From NCBI RefSeq assembly GCF_019668485.1, contig NZ_AP024619.1, positions 2,263,757-2,287,756 on the forward strand: a stretch of 24,000 nucleotides of DNA, given 5' to 3'. This DNA is from Gelria sp. Kuro-4 (GTDB lineage Bacteria > Bacillota > DTU030 > DUMP01). The notes beneath the pieces were generated by a model. It was not told the origin of the DNA and did no database searches. It worked only from the letters and a program-made list of their open reading frames with translations. Shown here in pieces: positions 1 through 9,138 of the stretch (its first letter is position 1; every line of letters begins with the position of its first letter). The position numbers were made by a program, and so were the translations under genes.

Positions 1-510
1 TTCAAACGGTTCGCCGACATCGCTTTGAAGTACAACCCGGTGAACTTCGGCGACATGAAGAGCGGGAACATGTTCACCGTGGGGAAGGACGAGATTCTGG
101 GGAACTTCCGGGAGAACTCCATCGTCCACGCGGTGTTCACGGATAAAGAGACTGTCCTCAAGTGCCTGAAAGAGGTGAAGGAGGCGGACATCGGGCTTTC
201 CATCGTGGTCTCGGGCCTGGTGCACGAGGTGGGCGAGGCCTGCTGCGCCGCCGGGACGGCGGCGCACACGGTGGAGCACTCGCTGGGGATCCACGGGGCG
301 AGGGAGAAGCTCCCGGCCCCGGCGGTGCTCGACATCAGCACGATGTGCGGCCACGGCATGGTGGCCTTCTCGCTGGTGGAACACCTGGTGGACGAGGTGA
401 AGGCCGGGCGCACCACGGTGGAAAAGGCGGCCCAGGAGCTGGCCAAGCAGTGCGTCTGCGGGGTCTTTAACCCTGTGCGGGCGGCGGAGATCATCCAAAG
501 GCTGCTGTAG
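1..510 (+). CDS. Conserved hypothetical protein, C-terminal part (5' end probably outside the window)
   Basis: Frame 1 is open from nt 1, with no stop before the TTG at 25. Third codon positions are strongly G/C. Stop is TAG 508-510. I recognise no family. It has clustered cysteines (EACCAAG, TMCGHG, QCVCG). Confidence 0.6.
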   Translation, partial: FKRFADIALKYNPVNFGDMKSGNMFTVGKDEILGNFRENSIVHAVFTDKETVLKCLKEVKEADIGLSIVVSGLVHEVGEACCAAGTAAHTVEHSLGIHGAREKLPAPAVLDISTMCGHGMVAFSLVEHLVDEVKAGRTTVEKAAQELAKQCVCGVFNPVRAAEIIQRLL

Positions 511-558
511 GTAACGCCCCCACGGCCGTTGTACGCGGGCCCCACGCCGATAAATCTT

Positions 559-584
559 AAGGGCGGCCCTCACGGGCCGCCCTT
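559..584. terminator. Hairpin terminator between convergent genes
   Basis: aagggcggccc-tcac-gggccgccctt is a perfect 11-bp stem with a 4-nt loop, running into TTTTAT on the + strand. It lies between the stop at 508-510 (+) and the stop at 585-587 (-). Confidence 0.6.
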
Positions 585-1073
585 TTATCTACCCTCGGCA
601 TCGTCGCGCTGCTCGGGGTTCTTCTCTTCCTCAGAGCGCACCGCGATGCCGGCACCGGCCAAGGCGGCGGCCAGCACGCCCCGGCCAGGGCGCAGCCGGC
701 CGCTGAAGCTGCCGTCGTGGACAACCTTCACCCCGCAGGCCGGGCTGCGCTCCTTGAGAACGGCCTGCCGCACCTCCAGGCGCCGCGCCAGCTCGACGCC
801 CGCGCGGGCGCCGGCCAGGTAGGCGGCGGTAACGTCCTTCCCTTCCCGGTTCACCACGCGCGCCCGCCCTGCCAGCACGTCCGCCCCGTCGCCGCCCTGG
901 ATCTCGGCCGGCGGCCGGGGCGTGCTCAGGCCCCCCGCCACCTCCGGGCAAAACGGCACGGCCGCGCCCCGCGCCACCAGATCCTTGAGCGGCGGGCAGC
1001 CCTTCTCTTTCCCGTCGTAGCGGCAGCGCTGCCCGGCCAAGCAGGCGCTCACCAGGAGGGGCGCTTTTTTCAT
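585..1073 (-). CDS. DUF523 family protein (TudS-like, putative Fe-S thiouracil desulfurase family)
   Basis: Translation from the internal ATG at 1073 reads MKKAPLLVSACLAGQRCRYDG...FCPEVAGGLSTPRPPAEI...LKERSPACG, the DUF523 signature. ATGA overlap with the upstream transketolase stop (1070-1073). The longer ORF to 1220 gives a Pro/Gly/Arg-rich wrong-looking N-terminus. Confidence 0.8.
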   Translation of the reverse strand: MKKAPLLVSACLAGQRCRYDGKEKGCPPLKDLVARGAAVPFCPEVAGGLSTPRPPAEIQGGDGADVLAGRARVVNREGKDVTAAYLAGARAGVELARRLEVRQAVLKERSPACGVKVVHDGSFSGRLRPGRGVLAAALAGAGIAVRSEEEKNPEQRDDAEGR

Positions 1074-2020
1074 GCCCGCCCCGCCTTGCGCGCCAGGGCG
1101 CGCTCGGCCGCCGCCGCGATGTGCGCGGCGGTGAGGCCGTAGTGCTCCAGGAGTTCCGCCGGCTTGCCCGACTGGCCGAATACGTCCCGCACGCCGACCC
1201 GTTCCAGCGGCACAGGGCACTTTTCGCCCAGCACCTCGGCCACGGCGCTCCCCAGGCCGCCGATGATGTTGTGCTCTTCGCAGGTCACCACCGCCCCGGT
1301 TTGGCGGGCCAGTGCAACTACGGCTTCCTCGTCCAAGGGCTTGAGGGTGGACACGTTCAGCACGGCGGCCCGGATGCCCTTCTCCGCCAGTTGCCTCGCC
1401 GCCTGCAGGGCCTCGGCCACCAGGATGCCGCAGGCGAAAAGCGCCACATCCTCGCCCCGGCGCAGAACGGCCGCCCGCCCGATGGTGAACTCGTAATCCG
1501 CATCGAAGAGCACCGGCACGCTGGAACGTCCCAGCCGGATGTACACCGGCCCGTTGTGCGCCGCCGCCGCCCGCACGGCCTGTTTGGTCTCCGGCCCGTC
1601 CGCCGGGACGATCACCGTCATCCCGGGGAGGGCGCGCATGAGGGCGAGGTCCTCGATGGACTGGTGCGAGGCCCCGTCCTCGCCCACGGTGATGCCGGCG
1701 TGGGTGGCGCAGATCTTTACGTTGAGGTGCGGGTAGGCGATGGAGTTGCGCACCTGGTCGAAGGCGCGCCCGGCGGCGAAGACGGCGAAGGTGCTGACGA
1801 ACGGCACTTTGCCCGCCGCCGCCAGGCCGGCCGCCGTGCCCATCAGGTTGGCCTCGGCGATGCCCATGTTGAAGAAACGCTCGGGGAAGATCTTGGCGAA
1901 GCCGGCGGTCTTGGTGGACTTGGAGAGGTCGGCGTCCAGCACCACTATGTCTTTGCGCTCGCGCCCGAGCTCCACCAGGGCCTCGCCGTAAGCGTCGCGG
2001 GTAGCCACTTTTTGTGCCAT
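1070..2020 (-). CDS. Transketolase, C-terminal (pyrimidine-binding/C-terminal domain) subunit
   Basis: 316 aa: MAQKVATRDAYGEALVELG...FFNMGIAEANLMG...HAGITVGEDGASHQ, typical of split transketolase subunit B. RBS GAGGAGG lies 7 nt upstream of ATG 2020. Confidence 0.95.
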   Translation of the reverse strand: MAQKVATRDAYGEALVELGRERKDIVVLDADLSKSTKTAGFAKIFPERFFNMGIAEANLMGTAAGLAAAGKVPFVSTFAVFAAGRAFDQVRNSIAYPHLNVKICATHAGITVGEDGASHQSIEDLALMRALPGMTVIVPADGPETKQAVRAAAAHNGPVYIRLGRSSVPVLFDADYEFTIGRAAVLRRGEDVALFACGILVAEALQAARQLAEKGIRAAVLNVSTLKPLDEEAVVALARQTGAVVTCEEHNIIGGLGSAVAEVLGEKCPVPLERVGVRDVFGQSGKPAELLEHYGLTAAHIAAAAERALARKAGRA

Positions 2021-2032
2021 GTTACTGCCTCC

Positions 2033-2857
2033 TCACGCCAGTTCGGCCAGGGCGCGCTCGGTTTCTTCCGCGCCGGGCGCCTTGCCGTGCCAGTCGGCCT
2101 GGTTCTCCATGAAGGAGACGCCCTTGCCTTTGACTGTGTGGCAGATGATGATACTGGGCTGGCCGCTCACCGCCCGCGCTGCTTCGGTGGCTTCCAGGAT
2201 CTCTTTGAAGTTGTGCCCGTCCACGCTGAGGACGTTCCAGCCGAAGGCCTTCCATTTGTCCGCCAGGGGCTCGGGGTTCATGACGCTGCGGATGGGCCCG
2301 TCGATCTGCAGGCGGTTGTAGTCGAGATAAGCGGTGAGGTTGTCCAGGCGGTAGTGGGCCGCCGCCATGGCCGCTTCCCACACCTGACCCTCTTCGTTTT
2401 CGCCGTCGCCGAGAAGGACGTACACCCGCCAGTCGGCCTTGTCGAGCCGCGCCGCCAGGGCCATGCCGCAGGCGGCGGAAAGTCCCTGGCCCAGGGAGCC
2501 GGTGGACATCTCTACGCCGGGCACTTTCTTCATATCCGGGTGGCCCTGCAGGGGGCTGCCCAGCCGGCGAAGCGTGGTGAGCTCCGCCACGGGGAAGTAG
2601 CCGCGCTCGGCCAGCACGGCGTAGAGGGCCGGCGCCGCGTGTCCCTTGGAAAGGACGAAGCGGTCCCGCTCCGCCCAGTCCGGCCGCGCCGGGTCCAGCC
2701 GCATGACGTGCAAATAGAGCGCCGTCAGCACCTCCACGGCGGAAAGCGATCCGCCCGGGTGGCCGCTTCCGGCCGCCCCCACCATCCGGATGATGTCGCG
2801 CCGGATGGCCCGCGCCTTCTCTTCCAGGCGCGCTCTGATCTCTGCATCCAGGTCCAT
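2033..2857 (-). CDS. Transketolase, N-terminal (thiamine-diphosphate-binding) subunit
   Basis: GSGHPGGSLS, LSKGHAAPALYA and GDGENEEGQVWEA motifs. I place the start at ATG 2857 (MDLDAEIR...) because GAAGGAGGAAGG precedes it by ~5 nt. The ORF-track start at 2884 has no RBS. Confidence 0.92.
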   Translation of the reverse strand: MDLDAEIRARLEEKARAIRRDIIRMVGAAGSGHPGGSLSAVEVLTALYLHVMRLDPARPDWAERDRFVLSKGHAAPALYAVLAERGYFPVAELTTLRRLGSPLQGHPDMKKVPGVEMSTGSLGQGLSAACGMALAARLDKADWRVYVLLGDGENEEGQVWEAAMAAAHYRLDNLTAYLDYNRLQIDGPIRSVMNPEPLADKWKAFGWNVLSVDGHNFKEILEATEAARAVSGQPSIIICHTVKGKGVSFMENQADWHGKAPGAEETERALAELA

Positions 2858-2895
2858 TGACCTTCCTCCTTCGTTCGCGCTCATCCGCCTCTACT

Positions 2896-3648
2896 TTACT
2901 CCCGGCGCCGGCCTCCGGCCAAGGCCTCCCCCAGCACCGCCAGGACGAAGCGCGGCAATAACAGCGCCCGCCCTAGGCGGCGCGGCTGCCGGAGCAACCG
3001 GTAGAGCCACTCCAGCCCCAGGCCCCGGAAAAGCTGCGGCGCCCGCTCCACCCGGCCGGCGAAAACATCCAGGCTGCCGCCCACCCCCAGGGCCAGGCGC
3101 GCCGGCAGCTCCCGGCGGTGCCGGGTGAGCCAGAGCTCCTGCTTGGGCGCCCCCAGGGCCGCCACCAGTATGTCGGGAGCCGCCGCCTGGATCTCAGCCA
3201 GCACCGCCGGCTCTTCGGCCGCGCTGAAATACCCGTGGTGCGTGCCGGCCACCGGAAGCGTCGGCCAGCGTTCCTTGAGCCGCCGTGCCGCCTCTTCCGC
3301 CACCCCCGGGCGCCCGCCCAAAAAGTACACCGTAAAGCTCTCGCGGGCGGCCAGCGCCAGGACGGCCTCCAAAAGCTCAATGCCCGGGACGCGCTCAGGC
3401 ACCGGCGTACCCAAGAGGCGTGCCGCCCACACCACCCCGATGCCGTCCGGCACGGTAAGATCGGCCGCCGCCAGCGCCGCCTTGAGGGCCGGGTCCTGCT
3501 GGGCGCGGGCGATAATCTCGGCGTTGGGGGTGAAGATGAGGCGCGGCCCCGCACCGCTCTCCCGCAGCCAGCGCGCGGCCAGCGCCAGTGCCTCCCGGAG
3601 GCCCACCGGCCAGAGCGGCACCCCCAGCACCCACACCCGCTCCCTCAT
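2896..3648 (-). CDS. tagA: WecB/TagA/CpsF family glycosyltransferase (ManNAc transferase type)
   Basis: 250 aa with IFTPNAEII, TVPDGIGVVWAA, LGAPKQELW and GVGGSLDVFAG motifs of the TagA/WecG family. ATGA overlap with the csaB stop (3645-3648). Confidence 0.85.
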   Translation of the reverse strand: MRERVWVLGVPLWPVGLREALALAARWLRESGAGPRLIFTPNAEIIARAQQDPALKAALAAADLTVPDGIGVVWAARLLGTPVPERVPGIELLEAVLALAARESFTVYFLGGRPGVAEEAARRLKERWPTLPVAGTHHGYFSAAEEPAVLAEIQAAAPDILVAALGAPKQELWLTRHRRELPARLALGVGGSLDVFAGRVERAPQLFRGLGLEWLYRLLRQPRRLGRALLLPRFVLAVLGEALAGGRRRE

Positions 3649-4748
3649 GCCCGCCCCTCCCCCCTGAGAAGGGCCGCGGCCAGCTCCGCATTGCGCCAGG
3701 CGCGCTGCGCCAGGGCCGTCGAGACCTCGAGGAGGTGCGCGCGGGTGGCCTCATGCTCCCGCCATACCCGGGTGAGGGCTGCCGCCGCCCGCTCGGGATC
3801 CAGGTCTTCCACCGTGCCTGCCACCGGCTGGCCGGCGATTTGCAGGAAGCTCGCCACCTTCGGGTCGTAGACCACGCCCAGGTGAGGCACGCCCTGCAGC
3901 GCTGCAAAGATGAGGGCGTGCAGCCGCATACCCAGCACCAGGTCCATGGCTCCGTAGAGCGCCATCACCGTGGGTACAGCACAGCGCTCCGCCACCACCC
4001 AGGCAGGCCGCCGCATCAGCGCCGCCACCTCCCGCGACACCTCCAGGTCTCCCGGGTGTTGCATGGGAAGAAAGACCACCTCCACCCCTTCGGCGGCGGC
4101 AAACAGCTCCGCCGCCCGCGCCAGGGCCGCCTTGTAGCCCTCGAGGCGCTGCCAGGGCCGCACCGAGATGCCCAGGCGGGGTCGCCCGGCCGGCACCCCG
4201 GCCCGGGCCAGCACCGCCTCGGCCGCTTCCCGCCCCGCCGGCGCCAGGGTGAACACCGCGTCCGCCGTCACCTCAATGGGCGGGCGCGTCACCCCCAGCT
4301 CCGCCAGCACGGCCGCCGAGCCGGCGTCGCGCACCGTGATCTGGTCCACCAGGTTACCCAGGCAGCGCACCAGCAGGCGGTTCAGGCGCCCGCGCACCGG
4401 ACCAACTCCGTTGCCGTAAAGCATCACCTTTTTACCATATACCTTGGCCAGCGCCACAATTCCTAAGTAATACGGAATGGAGCGGTTGCTGGTGACATCC
4501 TGCAGCAGGCTCCCCCCGCCGCTCACCAGAAGATCCGCCTGCCTTAAGGCCTGCCGCACGGCGCTCAGGTTGCCCCGCTCCACCGCGGCCACGCCGTAGG
4601 CGGCTGCCGTTTCGGCCGGATTGCCGGAAAGGACGGTAATCTCTACCGCCGGCACCACCCGCCGCAGTGCCGCCACCGTTGCCGCCAGGATGGCCTCATC
4701 CCCGGCGTTACCGAACCCGAAGTAGCCGGACAGCACCACCTTAGGCAT
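3645..4748 (-). CDS. csaB: Polysaccharide pyruvyl transferase CsaB
   Basis: 367 aa. The N-terminus MPKVVLSGYFGFGNAGDEAIL, plus SGGGSLLQDVTS and MRLHALIFA, are typical of CsaB. It overlaps the upstream gene's stop by 8 nt. Confidence 0.88.
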   Translation of the reverse strand: MPKVVLSGYFGFGNAGDEAILAATVAALRRVVPAVEITVLSGNPAETAAAYGVAAVERGNLSAVRQALRQADLLVSGGGSLLQDVTSNRSIPYYLGIVALAKVYGKKVMLYGNGVGPVRGRLNRLLVRCLGNLVDQITVRDAGSAAVLAELGVTRPPIEVTADAVFTLAPAGREAAEAVLARAGVPAGRPRLGISVRPWQRLEGYKAALARAAELFAAAEGVEVVFLPMQHPGDLEVSREVAALMRRPAWVVAERCAVPTVMALYGAMDLVLGMRLHALIFAALQGVPHLGVVYDPKVASFLQIAGQPVAGTVEDLDPERAAAALTRVWREHEATRAHLLEVSTALAQRAWRNAELAAALLRGEGRA

Positions 4749-6696
4749 GCCGCTTCTTCCCTCCTCCCATCAACTGCCCGGCCACCGCCGCCAGGCAGCC
4801 CAGGACCCCGCCCAGCGCCAGGCCCAGCAGCGCCCGGGCCAGCGAGATAAGGAACGGGGTGTGCAGGTGAACGAAGGTATTAAGGAGCGAGGCAGGACCC
4901 ACTGCCGCCAGCGTCACCAGGTAGGGCCGCCACCAGCGCCCGCCTCCCCACCCGGCTGCCGCCAGGAAGAGGGCCGGGTGGCCCACGAGAAACTCCTTGG
5001 TGCGCGGCCGCACCAAAAGTGTGCTCTCAAGAAAACTGCGGGCTTTGAGCTCCCAGGCCGGGATGGGGATCACCGATACGTTGCCGCTGCGGTTAAATAG
5101 TACCCAGACAACCAGCGCCAAGCCAGCCAGGGCGAAGAGTTCCGCCGGGGCAAAGAACGGCCGCCGCCACCAGCCGGCCCGCATAAGGTCCGCGCGGCGC
5201 GCCCAGAGGAACACCGCTGCCAGGGTAAGGGCGTACGCCAGTTTAATCCCGGCGAAGGCATCCAGCTTCAGCAGAAAGCGCGTATCGCCCAGGAGGGCCT
5301 GGATGACGAGCGCCCCTGCGAGCGCCGGCCCCCCGGCCAGCACCAGCGCCGTAAGGCCGGCCGCCAGCGGGCGGCGTGCCCGCAGCTCTTCCGCCTCGGC
5401 CAGTCCCCAGACCACCCCTAGGGCCGGGGCCGCCCCGGCCACCCCCAGGGCCGCCGCCTTGCGCAGCAGCGTCAGATCCGCGGCAGGGAGCACCAGCGGA
5501 AAAATGAGGAGCAGGGTAACCGCCAGGATGACCGCTGTACGCTGTTTCCGGACATCCCAGGCCGCTGCGCTCACGGCCAGGCCCGCCAGTGCCGAAAAGA
5601 GCAGGGCCAGGAGGTGCCGGTCCACTTCATAGGGGCGAAACGGCTGGGGCGCGCCCAGCTGAAAACCCGCCGCCTGTACCGCCGCCACCGCGCGCGCCAG
5701 GTGTCCCAGGTTGCTGTCCGCCAGGGCCGCGTCGGCACCGCGGGTCGTCCAGGCGTGCGCCTTGGCCGGGGACGGCACCGGGTGCCAGAGGAGGTGCGGA
5801 ATCACCAGGCGCACATTGCGATCCCGCACGGCCAGGAGGTACTCCTGGTAAACCGTGTGGACCGGCCGCTCATAGACGCGCACCGCGCGGTAGCCCCCGG
5901 CAGCCGCCACCGCCTCTGCCCCGGGCGGCAGGTTGAACTCCGGCACCCCTTGGACAATGCCCTGGGCCCCCAGCCCCTCGCCGACGTATGTCCTGAGCGG
6001 CGCCGGCACCGGTCCGGGCAGCACCAGGTGCGCCCCAAACTCCTCCAGGGCCGCGATGTCCAGGGCGAATTCCGCCCGCGTTTTCGCCCCGTCCAGCCAG
6101 GCGGGGACCGGCTCGAAGCCCAAGCGTCGCACCGCAGCGACCTGGCGCGGGTCGACGCCCAGGCCCACGTGCTCCAGATCGGCCCAGCGCGCCGCCACCC
6201 CCAGCACATAGGTATTATCCCCGGCCCAGGTGTGCAACTTGCCCGGGTAGCGCAGTCTGAGGCGCTCCTCAAGCCGGGCGAACAGGCCTGCATCGTCCAG
6301 CACCAGGTACGTGTCCGCCCCGCGGAAGGCGGGGCCGGCCAGAACCGCCCGCACCGTCGGGTCGGCCGGCGCAAGCAGCCGCCCCGCCCGTGCCAGCTCC
6401 CAGCCGCTGAACGCCTGCAGCCGGCCCGTCTGGGCGAGCCGGCCCAGGGTGTCTTCGCGCAGCACAGCATAGCCTGCCCCTTCCTGGTGGAGGGCACTGG
6501 CCAGTTCCGACGCCGGCAGGCGCGCCGCCTGCGCCACTCCCTGAACCTCGTTCCAGTCGAGCGCCACCCCTACACGGTCACTGGCCTTGACGGCCACGGC
6601 ATTGCGGCCCACGATAAAAGCTGCCGCTAAGACGAGAGGAACCAAGAAAACCAGAGCCGCCCGCCTGCAACCGCGCCGCCTGCCCCGCTCGCTCAA
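4741..6696 (-). CDS. Large polytopic membrane protein, DUF5693-like (a csaB-associated family)
   Basis: 651 aa: N-terminal TM anchor, a ~330-aa soluble domain, then many hydrophobic helices. TTG start 6696 with GGAGGAGG 8 nt upstream and a TTGA overlap with the upstream stop. The DUF5693 assignment is from memory of family architecture and csaB adjacency and was not searched. Confidence 0.7.
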   Translation of the reverse strand: MSERGRRRGCRRAALVFLVPLVLAAAFIVGRNAVAVKASDRVGVALDWNEVQGVAQAARLPASELASALHQEGAGYAVLREDTLGRLAQTGRLQAFSGWELARAGRLLAPADPTVRAVLAGPAFRGADTYLVLDDAGLFARLEERLRLRYPGKLHTWAGDNTYVLGVAARWADLEHVGLGVDPRQVAAVRRLGFEPVPAWLDGAKTRAEFALDIAALEEFGAHLVLPGPVPAPLRTYVGEGLGAQGIVQGVPEFNLPPGAEAVAAAGGYRAVRVYERPVHTVYQEYLLAVRDRNVRLVIPHLLWHPVPSPAKAHAWTTRGADAALADSNLGHLARAVAAVQAAGFQLGAPQPFRPYEVDRHLLALLFSALAGLAVSAAAWDVRKQRTAVILAVTLLLIFPLVLPAADLTLLRKAAALGVAGAAPALGVVWGLAEAEELRARRPLAAGLTALVLAGGPALAGALVIQALLGDTRFLLKLDAFAGIKLAYALTLAAVFLWARRADLMRAGWWRRPFFAPAELFALAGLALVVWVLFNRSGNVSVIPIPAWELKARSFLESTLLVRPRTKEFLVGHPALFLAAAGWGGGRWWRPYLVTLAAVGPASLLNTFVHLHTPFLISLARALLGLALGGVLGCLAAVAGQLMGGGKKRHA

Positions 6697-7790
6697 GCCC
6701 TGCCCCTCCTCCGCTTCGCCAAGAGCTCCTCGTAAATCGCCGCCGTTTCCCTGGCCATGGCCGCCCGGGAAAAGCGGCTCCAGGCCAGCTGCTGCCCGGC
6801 GCGCCCCAGCTGGGCCGCGCGCTTGCGATCGCGCAGCAGCCGCTCCACGGCCGCCGCCACCTGCTCCGGCTCACCGGGCGGCACTAAAAGCCCCGTCACC
6901 TCCGGCTCCACCACCTCGGTGATGCCACCCACCGCCGTCGCCACCACGGGCTTGGCAGCCGCCATGGCTTCCAGGAGCACCAGCCCCAGGCCCTCCCGGT
7001 GCGAGGTGAGCACCGCCACATCCAGCGCGGCAGTAACGGCGGCCACGTCGCGCCGGTAGCCCAGGAAGTGAAACTCACTCCCCAGCCCAAGCCGGCTCGC
7101 CAGTTCCTTGAGCTCGCCGGCGGCCGGCCCGCTCCCGGCCAGCAAAAAGGCGGCTTCCGGGCAGCGGCGCTTCACCAGCGCCGCTGCTCGGATGAAATCC
7201 TGGGGCGCCTTTTCCGGCACCAGGCGCGCCACCATCCCCACCAGCGGGCGACCGCCCACCCCCAGTTCCAGGCGCACCGCCGCTCCGCTGGCGCGGGCGA
7301 ATTCATCCACGTCGATGCCGTTGGGCACCACCTCGATCTGCCGGACATCCACCCCTTCGGCCTGCACCTGGGCGGCCACCGCCTCCGAGATCGCGATCAC
7401 CGCATCCGTTAAGGCGTGGGCGGCCAAGCGGTTAAGCCGGCGTTTCCAGGCGGGCGCCGGGCGGCCGCCACCCAACCCGTGGCGCGTCAGCACCAGCACC
7501 GGCACCCGCGCCAGGCGCGCCGCCACCCGTCCCGCCAGGCTGGCATGGGTGTGCACCACATCGTAGCGGCCGCCGGCCAGAAAACCGTACACCTCGCGCA
7601 CCGCCGCCGCGCTGAAGGACACGTCGCCCCGGCTGAGGAGGAGCGGCCGCCAGCCCTGCCGCTTAAGTTCCGCCTCCAACTCGCCGCCGCCCGGGCAGGC
7701 TACCGCCACCTCCATCCCTTCTGCCGCCAGGCCGGGCAGCAGGTTGAGGAGGTAGCGCCCCGCCCCGCCCACGTTCCGGTCACTCACCAC
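6693..7790 (-). CDS. Glycosyltransferase family 4
   Basis: GT4/GT-B features: N-terminal ...SDRNVGGAGRYLL, a C-terminal EGLGLVLLEAMA catalytic region, and GGITEVV. The real start may be CTG at 7805 (see findings). Confidence 0.88.
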   Translation of the reverse strand: MVSDRNVGGAGRYLLNLLPGLAAEGMEVAVACPGGGELEAELKRQGWRPLLLSRGDVSFSAAAVREVYGFLAGGRYDVVHTHASLAGRVAARLARVPVLVLTRHGLGGGRPAPAWKRRLNRLAAHALTDAVIAISEAVAAQVQAEGVDVRQIEVVPNGIDVDEFARASGAAVRLELGVGGRPLVGMVARLVPEKAPQDFIRAAALVKRRCPEAAFLLAGSGPAAGELKELASRLGLGSEFHFLGYRRDVAAVTAALDVAVLTSHREGLGLVLLEAMAAAKPVVATAVGGITEVVEPEVTGLLVPPGEPEQVAAAVERLLRDRKRAAQLGRAGQQLAWSRFSRAAMARETAAIYEELLAKRRRGRA

Positions 7791-9138
7791 GTGCAGTACG
7801 CGCAGGGCCGCCCGCCTCCCTTCCCACGGCCAGCACCAGCCCGAGCGCGGCCCAGAAAAGCAGCGTCAGCTTGGGGCTGTACCAAACGTTATCCACCGCC
7901 CCGTGGAGGAGAAAACCGGCCAAGGAGGCCAGGAGCGCCGCCAGCAGCCCCTGCCGCCGCCCGGCCAGGCGCGGCAAGGCGCTCAGGGCGCGGGCGGCCA
8001 CCGCCCCAAGCAGCCATAAGAAGGCCACGAGGCCCGGCACGCCCAGCTCCAACGCCAGCTGCAGGTACAGGTTGTGGCTGTGCATGGCGGGCGTGCCCGC
8101 CAGCATAAACTGCGGGTAAACCTGGTTGAAGGCGGCGCTGCCCAGCCCGATGCCGGTGGACCAGTAGGCGGCGATCATCCGGAGCACCGCCAGCCAAATG
8201 GAAAGCCGGAAGGTATTGGAGCTGTCCTCCAGGCTCCCGATGCTGGCGGCCCGGGTAAGCACCTGGCCCGGGGCTGCGAGCGGCAAAAGCACCAGACCAA
8301 CCGCCACCAGGAGAAGCAGCCGCCGGTCCCAGAGGATGCCTAGCACCACGAGGGCCAGGCCCACCGCCAGCCACCCGCCGCGCGAAAAGGTGAGGATAAG
8401 CCCGGCCCCGGCGCAGGCCAGCACCAAAAGCCACACCAGGCGCGCGCCCCAGCGCCGCTCGCGCAGGAAAAACACCAGGGCCGGCGGGAGTACAAAGGTG
8501 AGGTACTCTGCAAAGATATTGGGGTTGTCAAAAGTGGAGAACACGCGGGTTTTGATATCTTCCGCCTGCCGGGCATCAATCCAGGAGAGAGACGTCTGGA
8601 CCCCGCTCCTGTACTGCGCCAAGGCCAGGAGCCCCGTGAGGGCGCCGGCGAGCAGCAGGCCGCCCAAGAGCCACCCCGCCTCTTTCGGGCGCGGCAGCAC
8701 CGCCATGAGGTAAAAAGCCAGGAAATCGAGCGCGTAAAGCGGCAGCACACTCAGGCTGGCCCGCCGCGTTACCGAAAAGGCCACGCCCATCAGCACAAAG
8801 AAGATGAAGGCAAACAGCGGCAGCTCCACTCCGGTGGCCGCAAGTACGCGCTCGCCCGCCAGCAGGCGCCGCAGCGCCCAGATTGCAGCCACGGCCAGGA
8901 GCAGCTCACCCGCCGACAGGGTAGGCAAAAAGGCCAGGCCTGCCAGGAAGAGGTAGAGGCCGGCAGCCGGCCGCTGCCAGATGAGCACCGCCGCTCCCAA
9001 CGCCGCCAGGTACTTGGCCGCCACCTGGGCCGGCAGCAGGCCGGGCAGGAGAGCGACCAAGAGCCCCGTCAAAAGGCCGGCGGTAAGCGGCGGCAGGTTC
9101 TTCTTCGGTTGTACAGCCATAAGGGTCGGTGTGCTCAC
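7780..9138 (-). CDS. O-antigen ligase/polymerase family (Wzy_C-like) polytopic membrane protein
   Basis: Multi-TM protein with SRGGWLA and HSHNLYLQLALELGVPG motifs. Start set at GTG 9138 (GGAGGAG upstream, GTGA overlap with the upstream stop), with ATG 9120 as the alternative. The ORF-track extension to 9501 is a Pro/Gly/Arg-rich out-of-frame artefact over the neighbouring gene. Confidence 0.8.
   Translation of the reverse strand: MSTPTLMAVQPKKNLPPLTAGLLTGLLVALLPGLLPAQVAAKYLAALGAAVLIWQRPAAGLYLFLAGLAFLPTLSAGELLLAVAAIWALRRLLAGERVLAATGVELPLFAFIFFVLMGVAFSVTRRASLSVLPLYALDFLAFYLMAVLPRPKEAGWLLGGLLLAGALTGLLALAQYRSGVQTSLSWIDARQAEDIKTRVFSTFDNPNIFAEYLTFVLPPALVFFLRERRWGARLVWLLVLACAGAGLILTFSRGGWLAVGLALVVLGILWDRRLLLLVAVGLVLLPLAAPGQVLTRAASIGSLEDSSNTFRLSIWLAVLRMIAAYWSTGIGLGSAAFNQVYPQFMLAGTPAMHSHNLYLQLALELGVPGLVAFLWLLGAVAARALSALPRLAGRRQGLLAALLASLAGFLLHGAVDNVWYSPKLTLLFWAALGLVLAVGREAGGPARTARGE

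Noticed and set aside
1121-2860. Long antisense ORFs opposite real genes (1121-2860, 3118-3870, 3588-4466, 5614-6630, 7416-8108, 9109-10191, 10784-12412, 12345-13547, 13544-16204, 16988-18097, 18846-19469, 20077-21093)
   Set aside because: These are shadow ORFs, expected in a high-GC genome. Their translations are His/Arg/Pro/Gly-rich and low-complexity with no recognisable motifs. The opposite strand encodes unmistakable proteins (transketolase, SecA, RF2, ABC components and others).
2858-2884. ORF-track N-terminal extensions of several genes (tktN 2858-2884, GT4 11330-11362, secA 16214-16216, unknown protein 17095-17193, hpf 18032-18040, zinc-ribbon 22335-22400, FliT-position ORF 23201-23221)
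   Set aside because: In each case an internal start codon has a well-spaced GGAGG-type RBS and yields the N-terminus typical of the family. The upstream start lacks an RBS or overlaps regulatory sequence.
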